Shown: positions 1 to 6,855 of the stretch, piece by piece
Position numbering within the stretch: position 1 is the stretch's first letter
Layout: each line of letters opens with the position of its first letter
Origin: Candidatus Pacearchaeota archaeon
Lineage (GTDB): Archaea > Nanobdellota > Nanobdellia > Pacearchaeales > GW2011-AR1
Direction: 5' to 3'
NCBI GenBank assembly: GCA_016866975.1
Contig: VGKP01000022.1
Location: 1-10,744 of the forward strand
Length of the DNA stretch: 10,744 nt
The notes under the pieces: generated by a model
Told to the model about the DNA's origin: nothing
Seen by the model: the letters and a program-made list of their open reading frames with translations, nothing else
Database searches by the model: none
Position numbers and translations under genes: made by a program

Positions 1-5
1 TTTTT

Positions 6-620
6 ATGTCAAGGAACTTGACTAAAACTCCAGCTTTTAAGCTGGAGTTGTTCCTTGAGCATCCAAAAAACGAGCGCCTGCATCAAACTGCGGCTTTTAA
101 GCCGCAGTGGCGCATCGTTTTTTTGATTTCAATTGTACCTTACCCTACAGGAAAAGTCATCGAAGATACTGGCAGAGCTGTTGCAGATGTCAAAGGCAAC
201 TATGTACAAGGAGAGCCTGTTACAGGAAAATTAAAATTGCAATTTACGGCCGGGGAGTTTGTACCAAGAGATTCACAGATTTTTGTTAAACTTGGAAGTC
301 AAGAGAAAGTGTTTCTTCTTTCTGAAGTATTTGCTGAACCTGCTCAAGAGGGAGTGTTTTTTGCAGAAGGCGTGGAGCTTGTAGGGACAGGAAAAGGCTA
401 TGGCGTTGCAGGTGTTAAGACTATATATCCAGATGTGAGCTTTGAACTACATATAGGGAAAGAAGCAAAGCCTGTCGATGAATCCTCTTCTACTCCAACT
501 AAAGAAGTCTCCAGGGGAGGCGGCGGAGGTGGTGAGAGGAAAGAAGACAAGAGAGCTGAAGAGAAGAAAGATGACAAAAATGAAAGTGACACTATCGTTT
601 TTCGAATAAATAATCGATAG
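6..620 (+). CDS. Hypothetical secreted or membrane-anchored protein, probably 5'-truncated by the window edge; first 40 codons mostly come from an in-frame copy of the double-hairpin element
   Basis: Open frame 6-620. After the repeat comes a hydrophobic stretch and PTGKVI, a beta-rich-looking region, then a Gly6 plus charged low-complexity tail. The ATG at 6-8 straddles the repeat junction, so the true start may lie upstream. Confidence 0.55.
   Translation: MSRNLTKTPAFKLELFLEHPKNERLHQTAAFKPQWRIVFLISIVPYPTGKVIEDTGRAVADVKGNYVQGEPVTGKLKLQFTAGEFVPRDSQIFVKLGSQEKVFLLSEVFAEPAQEGVFFAEGVELVGTGKGYGVAGVKTIYPDVSFELHIGKEAKPVDESSSTPTKEVSRGGGGGGERKEDKRAEEKKDDKNESDTIVFRINNR
8..124. mobile_element. Double-hairpin dispersed element, copy 1 (117 nt, full length); putative non-autonomous MITE/REP-like element
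   Basis: Hairpin A: TCAAGGAAC(9-17)/GTTCCTTGA(50-58), 8-nt bulge, AACTCCAGC(26-34)-TTTTAA-GCTGGAGTT(41-49). Hairpin B: AAAAAACGA(65-73)/TCGTTTTTT(115-123), GCGCC/GGCGC, 8-nt bulge TGCATCAA, ACTGCGGC(87-94)-TTTTAA-GCCGCAGT(101-108). Homologous to 6682-6796 and 2553-2613. Confidence 0.8.
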
Positions 621-722
621 ATTGTGTACCTGATTGTCAATTACGCAGTGTTTGTACTTTCCCAGTGACTCGGTATATAACCTTAATTGTTTCCAATCAT
701 ATTAATCTGTAATTGTGATTTA

Positions 723-730
723 TATATAAA
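723..730 (+). promoter_or_regulatory. TATA box of the small zinc-ribbon gene
   Basis: TATATAAA ending 21 nt before ATG 752, the same spacing as other genes in the window. Confidence 0.65.
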
Positions 731-751
731 GAAAAGGCATCTCAATCATTT

Positions 752-928
752 ATGAACGCACAAACGACCTTGATGACTGCAATGGCCGTATCTTGCAAGA
801 AGTGTGGAGAGCTGTTTGATCTCTCCTATGACCTTGAGCAAGGTGGCGACTCAGGCGATGTGATGAGCGTGTTGCGAAGCAAGCTGACGCGACGTGCAGC
901 ACTGTGCTGGAAGTGCAGGAACACCTAA
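752..928 (+). CDS. Small CxxC...CxxC zinc-ribbon-like protein (58 aa), absent from the ORF track
   Basis: Manual translation: MNAQTTLMTAMAVSCKKCGELFDLSYDLEQGGDSGDVMSVLRSKLTRRAALCWKCRNT*. Two CxxC pairs, a TATA box 21 nt upstream and a T-tract immediately downstream. Confidence 0.75.
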   Translation: MNAQTTLMTAMAVSCKKCGELFDLSYDLEQGGDSGDVMSVLRSKLTRRAALCWKCRNT

Positions 929-932
929 AAAC

Positions 933-952
933 TTTTTTCTTTTTTCTTTTTT
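933..952 (+). terminator. Archaeal oligo-T terminator (T6-C-T6-C-T6)
   Basis: TTTTTTCTTTTTTCTTTTTT, 4 nt after the stop at 926-928. Confidence 0.65.
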
Positions 953-985
953 CGTTCCAGTGAAAAGAGAGGTGCATTTGAAAGA

Positions 986-993
986 TTTATAAA
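986..993 (+). promoter_or_regulatory. TATA box for CDS 1015-1413
   Basis: AAAGA-TTTATAAA ending 21 nt before ATG 1015. Confidence 0.65.
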
Positions 994-1014
994 TTCTTTA
1001 TTACTTTCAGAATT

Positions 1015-1413
1015 ATGACTTGGAGTTATACTGCTGTAGAAGTGATAGCAAGTCTGATTGTGATTTTAGGCCTTATAAAGCTAGTTATTGTGCTGTTCTC
1101 TAAAAAGACTTGGTATTCCAAGGTTGTTGTCCTTATATATAAGAATCCCAAGATTGCAGGATTCGTTTATGCAATCTTTACAGCAGTAGTTTTTTATTAT
1201 CTGATACTTGAATTAACTTTGGTTCAAATAATGGCAGTAATGGGATTTGCAAGTCTTATGTTTGGGATGGCATTATTGCTCTATGCAAAGGATATTCTTC
1301 CAGCAATCACAAAAGGCGTTAATAAACCATTGAGCTTTTGGAGAATTGTATATATCTTGATATGGGTATTATTATTTGTTCTTACAGGGAAAGAGTTGCT
1401 TGGTGCTTTATAG
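1015..1413 (+). CDS. Hypothetical integral membrane protein (132 aa, about 4 TM segments)
   Basis: Four long hydrophobic segments and its own TATA box; family not recognised. Confidence 0.85.
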   Translation: MTWSYTAVEVIASLIVILGLIKLVIVLFSKKTWYSKVVVLIYKNPKIAGFVYAIFTAVVFYYLILELTLVQIMAVMGFASLMFGMALLLYAKDILPAITKGVNKPLSFWRIVYILIWVLLFVLTGKELLGAL

Positions 1414-1454
1414 AGTTCAATAATCTTTATTAATGCTGTTTTGCGGCTCATTTA

Positions 1455-2222
1455 ATGATTTTCTTGGAGGTACTGGTTTATGCTTTGATACAAGGATTAC
1501 TAGAATGGTTTCCTGTCTCTAGTTCTGGACATCTCACGATGGTCCAAATGTTCCTTAAATCCGAACCAGGGGTTTTATTCTTCGTTGCATTGCACTTTGG
1601 GACATTAATGGCTGTTTTTGTCTATTTTGGAAAAGATCTTGTAGATATAATGAGAGAGATGGTTTCGCTTAGGTTTAATACTGAAAATGGCAAATTGGGA
1701 TTATATTTGTTAATTGGGGCTATACCAGCTGTAATAGCCGGAGGATTAATATATACATTCATGGAGAAAATTTCTGATACTTGGTTATTACTTGCCGTAG
1801 GATTTGGCATTACAAGCATATTACTTTTTATGGGATCTATGGCTCCAAAAAGAAATGTGAAGATAACCTGGAAAATAGCCTTATTTATAGGGATTGCACA
1901 AATACTTTCACTATTTAGAGGAGTATCAAGGAGCGGAAGCACAATAGCTACAGGCTTGTTACTTGGATTAAGAGAAAGAGAAGCAATAAAGTTTTCGTAC
2001 CTTCTTTCAATTCCTCTAATTTTTGGAGCGAATCTTGTCCTTGCAGGAAATAAACCGTTGCCGTCTGAGCTTATATGGGCCACATTTGTGGCTTTTGGAG
2101 TAAGCCTGATAGTGATGCATTTCTCTTTCAATTATGTGCTAAACGATCGGAAAAACTTGAGATGGCTGGGATGGTATATGCTTCTGCTTTCTTGTGGTGT
2201 AGGAACATATGCTTTGCTCTGA
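1455..2222 (+). CDS. uppP: Undecaprenyl/polyprenyl-diphosphate phosphatase (BacA/UppP family)
   Basis: Motifs QGLLEWFPVSSSGH, LHFGT, GVSRSGSTI and FSYLLSIP; multi-TM, 255 aa. TATA box TTTATTAA at 1426-1433, 21 nt upstream. Confidence 0.93.
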   Translation: MIFLEVLVYALIQGLLEWFPVSSSGHLTMVQMFLKSEPGVLFFVALHFGTLMAVFVYFGKDLVDIMREMVSLRFNTENGKLGLYLLIGAIPAVIAGGLIYTFMEKISDTWLLLAVGFGITSILLFMGSMAPKRNVKITWKIALFIGIAQILSLFRGVSRSGSTIATGLLLGLREREAIKFSYLLSIPLIFGANLVLAGNKPLPSELIWATFVAFGVSLIVMHFSFNYVLNDRKNLRWLGWYMLLLSCGVGTYALL

Positions 2223-2278
2223 TTTGTTACTGCAGAGTTTAACCTTACCTATTTAAGAAGCTTCTTTCTTGACTTTGA

Positions 2279-2596
2279 ATGAGAGGGAAACTTGAAAAGG
2301 AAATTGAGGCGTTGCTGGGAAGCGGGAAACATGATACAGCTCTTGTACCCCGCCATCGTCATGCAGATCCTCCTAAACAACTCGATCTTTTTGATCCGCA
2401 TCTGGAAAAACACCGACGCAAAAAGCTACAGATGGACCTGAACTTTCATCGTTTTGTCTCACGGGGTGTAGAGCCAATCTATTTTGCCGACAGTTTTACG
2501 GTTTCGACTTTCTATGAGACATTGAGCGCTGCTTTTTATGGAGGATTTTTATGTCAAGGAACTTGGCTAAAACTCCAGCTTTTAAGTCGAGGCTAA
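2279..2596 (+). CDS. Hypothetical protein (105 aa); last 14 codons read through element copy 2
   Basis: TATA-like TATTTAAG at 2250-2257, 21 nt upstream. Removing 2553-2613 restores a TGA right after ...FYGGFL. Confidence 0.6.
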   Translation: MRGKLEKEIEALLGSGKHDTALVPRHRHADPPKQLDLFDPHLEKHRRKKLQMDLNFHRFVSRGVEPIYFADSFTVSTFYETLSAAFYGGFLCQGTWLKLQLLSRG

Positions 2597-2613
2597 AACA
2601 CGAAGAGTTTTGT
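2553..2613. mobile_element. Double-hairpin element, copy 2 (61 nt, internally deleted/degenerate)
   Basis: 2546-2586 matches 1-41 at 40/41 nt. It then continues GTCGAGG (compare GCCGAGG, right arm of hairpin B in copy 3) and ends TTTTGT before GA, as copy 3 does. Confidence 0.7.
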
Positions 2614-2673
2614 GACACCAAAGATTTTTTCTGAAGAAGCAACATACTATTGAGTGTTTGTCTTCAGGTTTTA

Positions 2674-4467
2674 TCATTCAACGACTGCTTTAATCCTTCT
2701 TATTCCTGCAGCAGAAGCTTCTTCTTTTATTATCTTAAAATTTCCTAACTCGGAAGTGTTTGAGACATGAGGTCCAGTGCATATCTCTCTGCTGAACCAT
2801 CCTTTTTTGTCTGATGGATCTTCTATAGTGTATACAGAGACAAGTTCAGGATATTTTGCTCCAAACTCTGCTTGCGCCCCAGATGAGAGGGCATCTTTCA
2901 ATGGAATCTCAGACCTTGTGATTGCAAGAGCTGACTTTATTTTTTCGTTTACATAGTCTTCTATACTCTTAATTTCATCAGACGTAAGCTTTCTTGGGAA
3001 ATTGAAGTCAAACCTTAGCCTTTCTTGAGTTATGTTGGATCCTTTTTGCTTTACTTCTTTTGATAGTATCCTTCTTAACGCTTCATTTAATAGGTGCGTA
3101 GCTGTATGTAGCATTCTTGTGGCTTCTGAATTGTCTGCTAGACCGGATTTGAACATTCCTGAGCTAGCTGTCCTGCTGAGATCTTGATGTTTTTGGAATT
3201 CCTGATTGTATTCTTCTAAGTCTACCTTGAGACCTTTCTCTTCCGCCAATTCTTGTGTCATCTCTATAGGGAATCCATAGCTTTGAAAAAGCAAGAAGGC
3301 TTCTTTGCCGGGAATAATAGTCTTCAAGTCTTCTGAAATCTCTTCGAATTTCTTAAGACCCTTTTCAAGCGTTTGATTGAAACGCATCTCCTCTTCATCA
3401 AGTTGTTGAGTGATGAACTTGTGGTTTCTGTGCAACTCCTGGTAATCAGGGAAGATAGGAAGAATTGTCTTTACTATCTTAGATGCGAATGGAGAAGGGA
3501 TACTCAAGATACGGGCATATCTTATTGCTCTTCTTATCAACCTTCTTAAGACATATCCCTGTCCTAAGTTGCTTGGCTTTATCCCTCTTTCGTCTCCAAG
3601 GATAAAAGTTGCTGCACGAATATGGTCTGCAATAATTCTCATTGCTCTTGTCTCTTCTTCATTCTTGCCATACTTCTTATTAGAGAGAAGTTCTATCTCC
3701 TTGATTATTGGCTGGAAAATGGAAGTTTGATAGTTGTCTTCTAGACCATTTAGGACGGCGAGTGTACGCTCTACACCCATGCCCGTGTCTACGTTCTGCT
3801 GAGACAATGAGAAATATTTTCCAGATTTATCTTTATTGTATTGCATGAAGACATCATTCCATATCTCCACCCAGTTTTCATCTTCAGCATCGAATCTTCT
3901 TGGAGGCTTGGTCTTGGACTTCCAGTAAAACATCTCAGTGTCTGGACCGCAGGGACCGGTATTTCCTGCTGGTCCCCACCAATTATTCTTTTTTGGAAGA
4001 AATGCAATACGTTCTTTTGGAATGCCCAAGGAGAGCCAGATTTTCTCTGATTCTGTATCTTTTGGAGCATCAGAATCTCCTGCGAAGCAAGAGACTGCAA
4101 GCCTCTCTCTAGGTATATTTAATATCTCAGTTAGAAATTTAAAAGAGAACTTGATAGCATCTTCCTTGAAGTAGTCTCCTAGTGACCAGTTACCGAGCAT
4201 CTCAAAAAAGGTGTGGTGTGTAGTATCTCCTACTTCTTCAATATCTTGAGTGCGGATACATTTCTGGACGCTTACTAAGAGTTTTCCTAGAGGATGCTTC
4301 TGGCCAGTGAGATAGGGGACCAGAGGATGCATGCCTGCAGTTGTAAAAAGAACTGTTGGGTCGTTCTCAGGTATAAGGGATGAAGAAGGAATATGCTTAT
4401 GATGCTTGCTTTTGAAGAATTCAATGTACTCCTTTATCAAGTCTTGTCTTGTCTTTAACTTTATCAT
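2674..4467 (-). CDS. alaS: Alanine--tRNA ligase, short bacterial-type form (597 aa) lacking the C-Ala domain
   Basis: DPTVLFTTAGMHPL, QKCIRT, HHTFFEMLGNWSLGDYFK, GPCGPDTE, EIWNDVFMQY, DTGMGVER, IADHIR, editing motifs HTATH and CTGPH; ends at GIRRIKAVVE. TATA box (TTTATTAA on the - strand) at 4489-4496. Confidence 0.97.
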   Translation of the reverse strand: MIKLKTRQDLIKEYIEFFKSKHHKHIPSSSLIPENDPTVLFTTAGMHPLVPYLTGQKHPLGKLLVSVQKCIRTQDIEEVGDTTHHTFFEMLGNWSLGDYFKEDAIKFSFKFLTEILNIPRERLAVSCFAGDSDAPKDTESEKIWLSLGIPKERIAFLPKKNNWWGPAGNTGPCGPDTEMFYWKSKTKPPRRFDAEDENWVEIWNDVFMQYNKDKSGKYFSLSQQNVDTGMGVERTLAVLNGLEDNYQTSIFQPIIKEIELLSNKKYGKNEEETRAMRIIADHIRAATFILGDERGIKPSNLGQGYVLRRLIRRAIRYARILSIPSPFASKIVKTILPIFPDYQELHRNHKFITQQLDEEEMRFNQTLEKGLKKFEEISEDLKTIIPGKEAFLLFQSYGFPIEMTQELAEEKGLKVDLEEYNQEFQKHQDLSRTASSGMFKSGLADNSEATRMLHTATHLLNEALRRILSKEVKQKGSNITQERLRFDFNFPRKLTSDEIKSIEDYVNEKIKSALAITRSEIPLKDALSSGAQAEFGAKYPELVSVYTIEDPSDKKGWFSREICTGPHVSNTSELGNFKIIKEEASAAGIRRIKAVVE

Positions 4468-4510
4468 AAATGTAAAGGAAGAATAGGGTTAATAAAGATT
4501 TTTGCGTTGT

Positions 4511-4912
4511 TTAATTGACAACAGTTATTAAAGGCACACTGGCAAGGTCTTTATCAAATGTGGCTAGAACATTTGCAATATTTTTTCTTATCAAGGCGAT
4601 GATGGTGCAATCTGTAAAGCTTAATCTTAATCTTTCTTGATTTTTGAATATTAACCATCCTTCCTCAAAGACTTCTTCATCTACTTTGATGATTGGGAAT
4701 TCTTTTATTTTTCCGCAATGGGCTAAAGATTTCTCTTTATTCTTTATTCTAGCTGAAAGTACTGTCACACATTCATCAAAAATATAATCTGTGATGTGAG
4801 CGCTCCCATATTTGCCACTTTTAACCCTATCTAATAGTTCTGTCGCTTTTTGGTGATTTTGATCTTCAATATTATGATATGCAATTAGCACGCTTGAATC
4901 AATTATTATCAT
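4511..4912 (-). CDS. vapC: PIN-domain toxin, VapC family (133 aa from ATG 4912)
   Basis: MIIIDSSVLIA (first Asp), DECVT, LSFTDC and TFDKD give the acidic PIN tetrad. The start overlaps the antitoxin end by 14 nt. The track's extension to 5050 lies inside the antitoxin gene. Confidence 0.9.
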   Translation of the reverse strand: MIIIDSSVLIAYHNIEDQNHQKATELLDRVKSGKYGSAHITDYIFDECVTVLSARIKNKEKSLAHCGKIKEFPIIKVDEEVFEEGWLIFKNQERLRLSFTDCTIIALIRKNIANVLATFDKDLASVPLITVVN

Positions 4913-5174
4913 TCTCTTTTCCGTAAAGAATTTCATCAATTTTTTCACTAAGTCTTTCGTTTCCTGGCCCAAAATCGATGGGTCTGAAATCCAATGCTTT
5001 TTTAACTTTCTCAAGATTGTCTTGAAGAGATTTACTTTGTGTTTCTTCAAGGTATTTTTTCATGAGCATTGTCAAAAGATCCCCTATCTTCTTCCTTTCC
5101 GCTATAGCTCTCGCTCTTAGCTTTCTAAAAGTGTCTTCATCTACATCTCTTACTGCTATAAATGTCTTCCCCAT
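4899..5174 (-). CDS. vapB: Ribbon-helix-helix antitoxin, VapB/FitA-like (91 aa)
   Basis: N-terminal TFIAVRDVDEDTFRKLRARAIAERKKIGDLL fits an RHH fold; C-terminal LSEKIDEILYG is typical of archaeal VapB; directly upstream of and overlapping the PIN gene. Confidence 0.8.
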   Translation of the reverse strand: MGKTFIAVRDVDEDTFRKLRARAIAERKKIGDLLTMLMKKYLEETQSKSLQDNLEKVKKALDFRPIDFGPGNERLSEKIDEILYGKENDNN

Positions 5175-5196
5175 ATGTTAAACATGTTTAACATAT
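5173..5196. promoter_or_regulatory. Perfect 24-bp palindromic operator of the vapBC operon
   Basis: ATATGTTAAACATGTTTAACATAT is its own reverse complement. It fills the gap between the TATA box (5196-5203, TTTATATA on the - strand) and the antitoxin ATG. Confidence 0.8.
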
Positions 5197-5208
5197 ATAT
5201 AAATCTTA

Positions 5209-5823
5209 CTAAATTTCTATTATCTTGCCTTCTCTCCCTACATTGATAACTCTTGTCCCACCTATCTTATTTTCCATGCCTCCAGCTTCGTGGATGTGGC
5301 CATGAAGAAGGATATCTGGCTTGAACTGCTTTATAGCCTTGGTGATTGCCTTGCTTCCGGGAATGCCTGAGAATTCTGATGCACTACCTTTGGGGTGCAT
5401 ATGAGTGACCATTATTTTTTTCTCAATGCCTTGCAATCCAGAGTTTGCTTTCTTCAATGTATTAAAAAGTTCATCTTCGGATAGCGCCCCTGGGAAAAAC
5501 ATGATATCTGAAGAGCCTCCGGCACCAAAGAAGCCTATATTCTCGTATTTTACTGAATAACCGTGGATGTTTTTAACCCCATAAAGCTCGGCCAAGAAAT
5601 CTGCTGTGGCAAAAGATTCGTGATTACCCGGGATTATAAGGACTTTCCTCTTTTTCTGCCGGAAAGGCTTTATAAGGTCTTTCGTCTCAACATTGCCGAC
5701 TATATCTCCGCATAAAACTACAAGGTCGACATTCTCTTTCTCTGCTCTTTTTGCAAGCTCTTTTGTTAGTCTTGCGTCTCCGTGAATGTCTGCAGCTGCA
5801 AGTATCTTGAATCTTTTATGCAT
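5209..5823 (-). CDS. Calcineurin-like metallophosphoesterase (204 aa)
   Basis: Metal-binding motifs DIHG, CGD, GNHE, THMHP and HGHIH in canonical order. TATA-like CTTATAAT (5845-5852, - strand) 21 nt upstream. Confidence 0.92.
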   Translation of the reverse strand: MHKRFKILAAADIHGDARLTKELAKRAEKENVDLVVLCGDIVGNVETKDLIKPFRQKKRKVLIIPGNHESFATADFLAELYGVKNIHGYSVKYENIGFFGAGGSSDIMFFPGALSEDELFNTLKKANSGLQGIEKKIMVTHMHPKGSASEFSGIPGSKAITKAIKQFKPDILLHGHIHEAGGMENKIGGTRVINVGREGKIIEI

Positions 5824-5894
5824 AAATATGACTACAGTTTTATCATTATAAGTCTTGTGGAGAGGTTTAAAAATTAGTTAGCCTTCAATATTTC

Positions 5895-6455
5895 ATGAAC
5901 AAAAGAGGAACAAAGTGGCTTGGATTAGGAATATTGCTCACACTTTTGGTCTTGACAGGATTTTATATTTTCTCAGCGACAATTGGTCCTAGGTATGACC
6001 ATTATTATGATAGTAAGATGGCTACAGGGGAACTTGCAAATCCCATATCTGGGATGAGTATTAGCGAAGCGCATGAGAGATTTAATGAAGATCATGTACA
6101 TTATTTCTTGGCTTTGTTGAGAGTGTATAATCTTCATCCGGCTACTCCCGGGGGAGATTTTCCTCAATTTGAAATTATTGTAAATGAAGAGAGTTATAAG
6201 GTAGTTGTATTATCTGGATCTATAAGCGTCAAGAGAGGAAAACCTAACGAGAAGGACATTGTGATATATACTACACAATCGGAAATATTGAGCGCGTTAC
6301 AAAATCCAGATTCAGTGTCAGAATCTTTCAATTCAGGTGCATTAAGAATAGAGTATATTGCCGATAGGAGCACCTTGCTTTACAAAGGTTATGATTCTGT
6401 CTTTTCTCAATATAAGAGAGGAATAACAGGAAATATTATAAGGTCATTTACATAG
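5895..6455 (+). CDS. N-terminally anchored protein with a possible SCP2-like (sterol carrier protein 2) lipid-binding domain (186 aa)
   Basis: MNKRG followed by a TM helix. YKVVVLSGSISVKRGKPNEKDIVIYTTQSEILSAL...SFNSGALRIE follows the SCP2 pattern by eye. TATA box TTTAAAAA at 5866-5873. The CDS is solid; the domain call is tentative. Confidence 0.6.
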   Translation: MNKRGTKWLGLGILLTLLVLTGFYIFSATIGPRYDHYYDSKMATGELANPISGMSISEAHERFNEDHVHYFLALLRVYNLHPATPGGDFPQFEIIVNEESYKVVVLSGSISVKRGKPNEKDIVIYTTQSEILSALQNPDSVSESFNSGALRIEYIADRSTLLYKGYDSVFSQYKRGITGNIIRSFT

Positions 6456-6465
6456 AAAGTAAAAT

Positions 6466-6696
6466 ATGGGTTTGGAAGACATAGATGTGACCAAAGTTAT
6501 AGAAGAGTTGGAGAATATTTCAGGAGTAAGAGTGTTTGATGAGGATTTAAGAGCCGGAATCTTTTATATAGGGATGGAGTTGCCAGATGGAAAGAGCGAG
6601 CTGACTGCGCTGGTCGAGATATATGAAGATAGAGCCTATTTCTTAAAAGAAGGCGTACCTGAAACAACACCTCCTTCTTATGTCGGGAACCGATGA
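6466..6696 (+). CDS. Hypothetical acidic protein, probably truncated by element copy 3
   Basis: Starts 10 nt after the previous stop. The last codons (VGNR*) come from the repeat. Removing 6682-6796 joins the gene in frame to a 21-codon tail ending at TAA 6860-6862. Confidence 0.6.
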   Translation: MGLEDIDVTKVIEELENISGVRVFDEDLRAGIFYIGMELPDGKSELTALVEIYEDRAYFLKEGVPETTPPSYVGNR

Positions 6697-6796
6697 AAAC
6701 CACACCTTTCAAGGTGTGGTGGTTCCCGAGCATCTCCAAAAACGAGCGCCTGCAACAAACCTCGGCTTTTAAGCCGAGGTGGCGCATCGTTTTTGT
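6682..6796. mobile_element. Double-hairpin element, copy 3 (115 nt, full length)
   Basis: Hairpin A: TCGGGAACC(6683-91)/GGTTCCCGA(6721-29), 7-nt bulge, ACCACACC-TTTCAA-GGTGTGGT. Hairpin B: CAAAAACGA/TCGTTTTTG, GCGCC/GGCGC, bulge TGCAACAA, ACCTCGGC-TTTTAA-GCCGAGGT. Covaries with copy 1. Confidence 0.8.
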
Positions 6797-6855
6797 GATC
6801 TTAAAGTCAATCATGTATTGGCCAAGAACGATCTTCAGCCCATAAATGTCTTGAG

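Noticed and set aside
18-49. Element as a canonical IS200/IS605 right end (hairpin followed by TCAA on the - strand)
   Set aside because: The TCAA is present only in copy 1 (CCAA in copy 2, absent in copy 3), and there is no tnpA/tnpB in the window. A family resemblance is possible but cannot be assigned.
8-124. Double-hairpin element as a bulge-helix-bulge mRNA intron
   Set aside because: The two junctions do not pair with each other, and no 3-4-3 BHB motif can be drawn for any copy.
514-585. Gly6 and Lys/Glu/Asp-rich purine tract in ORF 6-620
   Set aside because: Ordinary low-complexity linker coding sequence, not a DNA-level repeat system.
621-712. Possible continuation of ORF 6-620 past its TAG (readthrough IVYLIVNYAVFVLSQ, or shifted frame DCVPDCQLRSVC...)
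   Set aside because: No slippery site or recoding signal is evident, and the alternative frame has a TAA at 611-613. It cannot be told from chance without homologues.
107-977. Track ORFs 107-289 (+), 398-640 (-) and 750-977 (-)
   Set aside because: Alternate-frame or antisense shadows of better-supported genes (6-620 and 752-928); no motifs or promoters.
1622-4174. Track ORFs 1622-2131, 3789-4100, 3841-4050, 3900-4112 and 3938-4174
   Set aside because: They overlap uppP or alaS antisense or out of frame and have no recognisable features.
4913-5050. 46-aa N-terminal extension of the PIN ORF in the track
   Set aside because: It lies inside the antitoxin gene; PIN domains start at the xxxD motif, so ATG 4912 is the likely start.
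1-6810. Repeats as a CRISPR array
   Set aside because: The copies are kilobases apart, too long and not regularly spaced; no cas genes.
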